A stretch of DNA of 23,776 nt from Candidatus Heimdallarchaeota archaeon (GTDB lineage: Archaea; Asgardarchaeota; Heimdallarchaeia; Heimdallarchaeales; Heimdallarchaeaceae), in NCBI GenBank assembly GCA_021399395.1, contig JAAFKJ010000004.1:1-23776 (forward strand), in the 5' to 3' direction. How positions within the stretch are numbered: the first letter of the stretch is position 1; every line of letters starts with the position of its first letter. The notes under the pieces were generated by a model that worked only from the letters and a program-made list of their open reading frames with translations, was not told where the DNA came from and did no database searches. This document shows, in pieces, positions 18,186-23,776 of the stretch. The position numbers and the translations under genes are program-made.

Positions 18186-18689
18186 TTAGACAAACTCAAT
18201 ATATGCATCCGTGTTAAGAACTGAAGTAACAGTTTGAATTATAATTTCTTCTGGAATTGGAAGATTATCTCTATATTTTTTGGCGATTTCAATCTTGTAC
18301 TCTTTGTCACTAAGGGGGGGTAAATACAATGTAGTTACATTTAGAACAGGTATCGGATCAAGCAAACTTTCGACTAGTTTTCTAGGATCATTTGTTTTTT
18401 CAAGAAAGCGTATCTCCTTACGAACATGGCCTCTTAATTTGTCAACTATGTCTGTAGACGAAAGAATTGGAACATCTTGCTTCCTTGTAATTATCATGAC
18501 AACATCAGATAATTCATAAGAAGAGAAAAATGTAATGTCCTTTAAGTCTTTATTAGATTTAGACATATCAATTAACAATTTAGAAATTTCGATATCTGTG
18601 TCTGAAATTCTACCCTCTCTATGAAGTTGTTTACACTTTCTGCAAAGAGTATTAGTTTGAGCATCTATCAGACAAATAGGAAGTTTCAC
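18186..18689 (-). CDS. archaeal NusA-like (KH-type) protein with N-terminal Cys motif
   Basis: MKLPICxxDxxxxxLCRKC N-terminus, followed by EGRISDTDIEISKLL and VESLLDPIPVLNV, typical of the archaeal NusA paralog family. Confidence 0.7.
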   Translation of the reverse strand: MKLPICLIDAQTNTLCRKCKQLHREGRISDTDIEISKLLIDMSKSNKDLKDITFFSSYELSDVVMIITRKQDVPILSSTDIVDKLRGHVRKEIRFLEKTNDPRKLVESLLDPIPVLNVTTLYLPPLSDKEYKIEIAKKYRDNLPIPEEIIIQTVTSVLNTDAYIEFV

Positions 18690-18813
18690 TAAGTAAACAC
18701 CAATAATATTTGTATAGTTTGTGGTTTTAAGAATTGTGAATACTGCGTGTAAATCTGTTATGTAAATGGAATGGTCAAAAACAATGGGTGGAACTAGAAA
18801 AAGAATAATGAAA

Positions 18814-19713
18814 TTAAATTAAACCTCTTTCCATAAGTATTTTGAATTCATCTAGAGTTAATTTTTCTCCGTCTTTGTACCTGACTAAAATTTCTTCAGC
18901 TTTACCATCAAGTCTTTGCTCTCTAACTTTCTTTGCTTCCATCTTTCTAGCTTTTCGATAAGCTTGCTGTTGTTCTCCAACTTCACTTGAAACCTTCTTC
19001 ACCTTTTGAGTAAGTCCATCCAACTCTTTACGAATGGAACTTATTGTAGAACTCAAAGCAATAACCTCAGCGTGAGATGCATCAGCTTCTTCTTTGATTT
19101 TTTTTGCTTCTTTAGTAGCTGCTATCATCTTTTCCTGATGAATTTGTGATTCTTGTGCCAAAGTAGTGACACTTGTGTGGTATGTTTTAATCTCTGTTTG
19201 CATATGACGAAGTTTGTTTTGAATGTCTCTAAATTCACTTCTTAAATCTTTAAACTGCTCTAGCTTTTCAAACTCAGAACTAAGTTCCTCTAGTTGCTGT
19301 AAAGTTTGTTTTTCCATCTCTTTGGTTAAGAAAGGAGTTGTTTCTAATTGCCTCTCAAGACGACGAATTCTATCTCCCACTTTTCGATTCTTAGGAACAC
19401 TTATGTTTTTCAGCTGCGAACCAAGCTCGATGATTCTTTTTCCTATTTTATCTGCATCTTCTCTAAGAATATCTCGCATTTGTTTTCGAACTTGAACTTC
19501 CTCATTAATTTGATCTCGCTTCTCTTTAGAATCTCTAGCTCCTTCAAAATTTTCTCGAGATAATTGATTGTTCTTGTCTCTACTGCTACGTAATTCGTCT
19601 CTTTTTGAGTTGCATGAACGGAGTTTATCAATCAATTCTTTTCGTCTTAAGCGGATCTCACCGAGATGTTCTCGTTTTTCATCCAAGCTCATTTCTTCTG
19701 TTTCAGTACTCAT
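18814..19713 (-). CDS. conserved archaeal long coiled-coil protein (COG1340-like)
   Basis: Heptad-rich throughout. LERQLETTPFLTKEME and C-terminal AEEILVRYKDGEKLTLDEF motifs. Confidence 0.8.
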   Translation of the reverse strand: MSTETEEMSLDEKREHLGEIRLRRKELIDKLRSCNSKRDELRSSRDKNNQLSRENFEGARDSKEKRDQINEEVQVRKQMRDILREDADKIGKRIIELGSQLKNISVPKNRKVGDRIRRLERQLETTPFLTKEMEKQTLQQLEELSSEFEKLEQFKDLRSEFRDIQNKLRHMQTEIKTYHTSVTTLAQESQIHQEKMIAATKEAKKIKEEADASHAEVIALSSTISSIRKELDGLTQKVKKVSSEVGEQQQAYRKARKMEAKKVREQRLDGKAEEILVRYKDGEKLTLDEFKILMERGLI

Positions 19714-19846
19714 CTTTAGTTCACGTTGGCTGGAATTAGATGTTCCTTATTAGCTAAATCTATCTACAAAGAAGATAAATTTAATTTAAATTTTGTGTCA
19801 ACACACTGTGTCATTTTATTTTTGAAAATTGAGTGCCTTGATGGAT

Positions 19847-20005
19847 CTACTTCTTATTTGATCTTTTCATTCTCAGCTGCTTAGATCTACATTTTCGACA
19901 CTTAACTGCTGTTACAGGATTAGTAGCATAACATTTACGACAGACTTTTTTCTCCATTATATGGGATCTTGCAATAGCTCTATATTCTGGGTTTGTTACT
20001 GGCAC
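19847..20005 (-). CDS. rpl40e: 50S ribosomal protein L40e (eL40)
   Basis: GTG 20005 to TAG 19847: MPVTNPEYRAIARSHIMEKKVCRKCYATNPVTAVKCRKCRSKQLRMKRSNKK, with the CRKC...CRKC zinc ribbon. Strong GAGGTGA SD upstream. Missed by the ORF track. Confidence 0.96.
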   Translation of the reverse strand: MPVTNPEYRAIARSHIMEKKVCRKCYATNPVTAVKCRKCRSKQLRMKRSNKK

Positions 20006-20116
20006 AAAGGCTCACCTCAATTGTTCTGTTTCTTTGCAAATAACAGCATAATAAAAGCATTTCTATTAATAGCAAAAGTTATGGAAACTCAGCGAAAATT
20101 AGTTGTTTTGTAAAGT

Positions 20117-20563
20117 TTATACGTATCTATACTGAAACTTTTCTTTAACAAATTCTAATAACTCTTCAAGTTTTTTCCAGTCCTTTTTACCCTTAGTTCC
20201 TAGTATGGTCTCGATTTCTGTTTTATAGTCTTGGAGATCTTTGATATCAGCTATGTAAGCATTAATCTCAGCTTTATTTGTATCGATTTTAGTAGGGATT
20301 TCTTCCAAGGTTATCTCCATCTTTAATATTGACAAATCTTCACTTTCTTTTGCAGCAAGTAATTTTGTAATGTCGGTGTCAAGTTTTGCTACTCTTGAAT
20401 TTATAGAAAGAATTCTTTGATTTATCATTACTACCATATCTTCTGCACGCGATGCTAGAGGATTTTTGATTTTCTTCTTGCGTTTGATTGAAAAAAATAG
20501 TATTCCAATAACTGCTAATACCCCTGCCCCCACACCTAGAATTATGTAAAGAGTGTTAGTCAT
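20117..20563 (-). CDS. N-terminally membrane-anchored coiled-coil hypothetical protein
   Basis: TM segment LYIILGVGAGVLAVIGILFF followed by KRKKK, then heptad-rich helices. Confidence 0.7.
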   Translation of the reverse strand: MTNTLYIILGVGAGVLAVIGILFFSIKRKKKIKNPLASRAEDMVVMINQRILSINSRVAKLDTDITKLLAAKESEDLSILKMEITLEEIPTKIDTNKAEINAYIADIKDLQDYKTEIETILGTKGKKDWKKLEELLEFVKEKFQYRYV

Positions 20564-20672
20564 TTTCCTAAGGAGAAAATTAATATGAAGCTATTTAAAC
20601 TTAAGTAAATTGTTTAAATATTCGTTTCTAACATATACTTTGTTGTCCAAAAAACATATTATGTGTAATATG

Positions 20673-20688
20673 GGAACTTTTTTAATCC
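20673..20688 (+). promoter_or_regulatory. putative BRE/TATA promoter for the dnaG leader
   Basis: GGAACTTTTTTAATCC resembles other promoter-like elements in the window and sits ~22-30 nt upstream of the first hairpin (20707). Confidence 0.45.
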
Positions 20689-20706
20689 AAGCTTCATTAC
20701 AGTTAC

Positions 20707-20956
20707 TTGAACTAAAAGCATAGTTCAACATATTACAATGACAGGTAAAGAATACCTGCAACGTTAATGTGAGTTTACAAAAAAATGATGGATAAAACTC
20801 ACCCTATCACGATTACAATCAATCACTATCAAATTACATTACCTTTACAAAATAAAGTGTGTTAAATGAGAAGAAGTATAATTTAGGTTAAGCTAAATTT
20901 TATTAATTTTAAGTAGGGTAGGGGTTTGTAGGTTTTCCATCGTTTCAAAGTAAGCT
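20707..20956 (+). ncRNA. candidate structured RNA / long 5' leader of dnaG
   Basis: Three contiguous paired elements: hairpin 20707-20728, extended hairpin 20729-20771, and a long-range arm pairing 20772-20807 with 20913-20956 (~29 bp including G-U). See findings. Confidence 0.5.
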
Positions 20957-20996
20957 AATGCTACTAAAATACAAAGCAAAATACAAGGTGAAACAA

Positions 20997-22634
20997 ATGG
21001 GCGCTAAAACCGATAACTCAACCACAAAATACGAAATACGCGCATCCTTCGAAATTGATGGTATTGTTGAAAAACCAGATATTATCGGAGGAATTTATGG
21101 ACAAACGGATGGATTACTTAGTGAAAATCTTGATATCCGTGAGCTCCAAAAAACAGGCAGAATAGGAAGGATCAATGTTGAACTTCGCAGTATAAGAGGA
21201 AAAACTTCAGGGAAAATTTTCATTCCGACAAGTTTGTCTCGTATGGAGACAGCTATCTTAGCTGCAACACTTGAAACAGTTGATCGTGTAGGTCCATGCA
21301 GCTGTACTGTAAAACTTGACGAGATAATAGATGTAAGAATCAGTAAACGTCAAAGTATTGTTGATCGTGCTTCTGAAATAATAAGACAATGGGATCAGAA
21401 TGTGAGTCCGTTTTCTACTAATATTACTTCAGAAGTTGAACGAACAGCTAAAACAAGTCCAGTTAAAGCAAGTCAGGTAGTAAGTATCAGTGATGAAGGA
21501 TTTTCTGCAGGACCTGGTTTTGAAAAACAAAAGAAAACAATTCTTGTTGAAGGCAGAGCTGATGTTGTTAATCTCTTAAAATATGGTATTGACAATACTA
21601 TAGCTGTAAATGGAACAAGTATTGCTCCAAAACTAATAAAGTTAATCTCAAAGAAAACTGTAACAGCATTCTTAGATGGGGACAGAGGTGGAGATCTTAT
21701 ACTCAAAGAGCTTCTACAAGTTTCCCACATAGAATATGTGGCACGAGCTCCTTTTAAGAAAGAAGTAGAAGACTTGAACAAGAGAGAGACCCTCAAAGCT
21801 TTAGATAATGCAGTTCCATTGAATAAGGCGATATTTCTTACTGGAGTAGATGAGGGAATTACAGTTAAAGAATTTCTTGAAAAATCGAAACCTCCGAGGA
21901 AGAAACTTCGATTAGGTTCCAAATCCAGAAAAACTGAACCTAAGAAAGAGAAGATAAAACAGCAAGATACTAGTGTAAAAGTTGTAAAACCTACTCCGAC
22001 CTCAAGAAAAACTACTGTTGATAAAGGTAAGGCAAGAGCTGTTAAAACTAAAGCAGATGTGAAAGTTGATAAAACTCCAAGAACACCTGCTCCAAGTAAA
22101 TCAGTTGCTTCAGCAACATCTCCAACATCCAGCCGCACCACTACTCAAAAAAGACCTCCTGGTAGGCCTTCAAGTAGGCCCCCAAGTCGTTCTTCTTCGA
22201 CAAGACCTTCAAGTAGACCCCCAAGCAGATCGTCTTCAACAAGACCTTCAAGTAGACCTCCAAGTAGATCCTCAGGAAGACCTCCTGGTAGACCTAGCGG
22301 TAGGACTGGAACTTCCAGACCCCCAAGGAGAGAAATACGAAAAGTCGAGTTGTCAGAACATCTGTCAAAAGCTGTCAAAGAAATCAAAACTAAGTTGGAA
22401 GCAATTGTTTTTGATGAAGCAGACAAGGAAATACTAAGAAGTTCAGCTGCAGAGATTTTTGATAATTTGGGAAAAATCGAAAAGGGTGAAGTACTCGTAA
22501 TAGATGGAGTAATAACTCAAAGATTACTTGAAAGATCAAAGGATAAAGGGATATCTACCGTAATCGGCGCACGAAAAGGTGAGATCTCTAAAAAACCAAC
22601 AAACGTTAAAATTGTTGAATTTAAACACGTTTGA
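20997..22634 (+). CDS. dnaG: archaeal DnaG (TOPRIM protein; RNA exosome-associated subunit) with long low-complexity insert
   Basis: GIVEKPDIIGGIYGQTDGLL, ELQKTGRIGRI, LETVDRVGPC, TOPRIM VEGRADV...FLDGDRGG, C-terminal DGVITQRLLE. ATG 20997 has an AGGTGA SD. Confidence 0.96.
   Translation: MGAKTDNSTTKYEIRASFEIDGIVEKPDIIGGIYGQTDGLLSENLDIRELQKTGRIGRINVELRSIRGKTSGKIFIPTSLSRMETAILAATLETVDRVGPCSCTVKLDEIIDVRISKRQSIVDRASEIIRQWDQNVSPFSTNITSEVERTAKTSPVKASQVVSISDEGFSAGPGFEKQKKTILVEGRADVVNLLKYGIDNTIAVNGTSIAPKLIKLISKKTVTAFLDGDRGGDLILKELLQVSHIEYVARAPFKKEVEDLNKRETLKALDNAVPLNKAIFLTGVDEGITVKEFLEKSKPPRKKLRLGSKSRKTEPKKEKIKQQDTSVKVVKPTPTSRKTTVDKGKARAVKTKADVKVDKTPRTPAPSKSVASATSPTSSRTTTQKRPPGRPSSRPPSRSSSTRPSSRPPSRSSSTRPSSRPPSRSSGRPPGRPSGRTGTSRPPRREIRKVELSEHLSKAVKEIKTKLEAIVFDEADKEILRSSAAEIFDNLGKIEKGEVLVIDGVITQRLLERSKDKGISTVIGARKGEISKKPTNVKIVEFKHV
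22152..22331 (+). repeat. coding tandem repeat (RPSSRPPSRSSST-type, 39-nt period, built of 12-nt RPxx units) in dnaG
   Basis: RPPG-RPSSRPPSRSSST-RPSSRPPSRSSST-RPSSRPPSRSSG-RPPG-RPSG. DNA copies differ at synonymous positions. Confidence 0.9.
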
Positions 22635-22660
22635 TCCTTCCTTCTTTTTTTCTTTATTTC
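22635..22660 (+). terminator. oligo-T / pyrimidine-rich archaeal terminator after dnaG
   Basis: TCCTTCCTTCTTTTTTTCTTTATTTC directly follows the TGA. Confidence 0.6.
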
Positions 22661-22804
22661 CGTAATATTTATGAATTCAGAGAGGATTCTAAATATGAGC
22701 TGATGCCCTTGGAATATCAATAGCCCATAACAATAGTTTTTCAACCTGGGTTATGGTAAAAGCGGTATCTTCAAAGTATGTTTTTAGAATTAAGGTGATT
22801 GTAA

Positions 22805-23776
22805 TTGACTATTGAGGAAAAGGTTAAACTAGTTGTCAAAAATACAGAAGAAGTGATTCTTGAGTCAGAAATAAGAAAAATGTTAGAAGAGAAAAACAAT
22901 CCTAGAACATATATTGGTTTCGAGTTATCTGGTTTAGTTCATTTAGGAACTGGAATTATATGTGGTAACAAACTTAAAGACCTTATCAATGCAGGTTTTG
23001 AAACTATTGTGTTTTTAGCTGATTGGCATAGTTGGATTAACAACAAACTTGGTGCCGATATGGAAAAGATTCAACTAGCTGGAGAATATTTCAAAAAGGC
23101 ATTTGAATCTCTTGGAGTAAAAGGTTCAAAAGTACAATATATCTGGGGTTCAGAGTTAGCTGAAAAGATAACATACTGGGAAAAAATTGTAAGGGTAGCA
23201 AAATCAAATTCATTGACAAGAATGCTCCGCACACTTCCTATCATGGGACGAAAATCTGAAGGTGAGCTTGAATCTGCATTTCTTTATTATCCTGCAATGC
23301 AAGTAGCTGATATCTATAATATGGAAATTGATTTGGCTTATGGAGGTATGGATCAGAGGAAGGCTCACATGCTTGCTCGCGATACTGCTGAGAAAATAGG
23401 TCGAACTAAACCTGCTTGTATTCATACTCCTCTATTGACAGGATTGCAGGGTTATGGAAAGAAAATGGATTCAGAATCAAAACCAGATCTTGCTAATCAA
23501 ATTGACGTTAAAATGTCAAAATCAAAACCTGAAACATGTGTATTCATTCACGATTCAGAGGAAGATGTATCTAGAAAAATTTCAAAAGCTAGTTGTCCAC
23601 CAAAGCAAATTATTGCTAACCCAATCACCGAAATAGTCCAGTATATCCTTTTTGACGTTTCTGATGAATTGATAATTGAACGTGCTGAGAAACATGGTGG
23701 TGATTTATCCTATGACACCTTTGAATCATTTAAACAAGATTATGAACAAGGGGTAATCCACCCTCAAGATCTCAAA
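22805..23776 (+). CDS. tyrS: tyrosyl-tRNA synthetase (archaeal type), 3' end runs off the window
   Basis: TTG start after an AGGTGA SD. MTIEEKVKLV...YIGFELSGLVHLGTG (HIGH-like), LADWHSWINNKLG, YPAMQVADI, GGMDQRKAHMLAR, KMSKS. Absent from the ORF track because there is no stop in the window. Confidence 0.96.
   Translation, partial: MTIEEKVKLVVKNTEEVILESEIRKMLEEKNNPRTYIGFELSGLVHLGTGIICGNKLKDLINAGFETIVFLADWHSWINNKLGADMEKIQLAGEYFKKAFESLGVKGSKVQYIWGSELAEKITYWEKIVRVAKSNSLTRMLRTLPIMGRKSEGELESAFLYYPAMQVADIYNMEIDLAYGGMDQRKAHMLARDTAEKIGRTKPACIHTPLLTGLQGYGKKMDSESKPDLANQIDVKMSKSKPETCVFIHDSEEDVSRKISKASCPPKQIIANPITEIVQYILFDVSDELIIERAEKHGGDLSYDTFESFKQDYEQGVIHPQDLK

Noticed and set aside
18814-19713. Coiled-coil protein as an SMC or eukaryote-like cytoskeletal protein
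   Set aside because: No Walker motifs or hinge. The C-terminal GEKLT motif fits a widespread archaeal coiled-coil family.
20564-20996. AT-rich intergenic region as a replication origin
   Set aside because: No ORB-like repeats recognized and no adjacent cdc6/orc1. Archaeal DnaG is mainly exosome-associated, so proximity to it is not evidence.
22152-22331. Tandem repeat as a CRISPR or other non-coding array
   Set aside because: In-frame coding repeat with no unique spacers and no cas genes in the window.
21473-22437. Long antisense and alternate-frame ORFs over dnaG (222, 123 and 93 aa)
   Set aside because: Shadows of the low-complexity and repeat region of dnaG, with no recognizable motifs.
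22676-22770. T-box riboswitch-like words (AGAGAG, GCTGA) upstream of tyrS
   Set aside because: No UGGNACC T-box sequence, no terminator/antiterminator before the SD, and T-boxes are a bacterial system.

Overview
AT-rich archaeal chromosomal window, probably Asgard/Heimdallarchaeia-like. That assignment is inferred from the archaeal-type DnaG, TyrRS, Hjc, pelota and eL40, plus a TPR protein with a longin-like C-terminus. The left part is a [NiFe]-hydrogenase-associated locus on the minus strand (hycI protease, hypD, hypC, a NuoC/MbhK-like subunit running off the edge) interspersed with accessory or unknown genes. A GC-rich island at ~7824-8163 is the archaeal SRP (7S) RNA, not protein coding. 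The right part is a translation/RNA-metabolism housekeeping block (ncsA/ctu1, site-2 protease, radical SAM, pelota, hjc, rimI-like, truD, pth2, NusA-like, coiled-coil protein, rpl40e, dnaG, tyrS). Four ORFs absent from the ORF track were read directly: the edge NuoC-like gene, a 55-aa small protein, rpl40e and tyrS. The most notable unexplained signals are a ~250-nt extensively base-paired candidate RNA directly upstream of dnaG, a long Arg/Ser/Pro repeat insert within DnaG, and a substitution at a normally invariant SRP54-binding nucleotide of the SRP RNA. No CRISPR array, tRNA, rRNA or mobile element was seen. All structures and alignments were worked out by eye.
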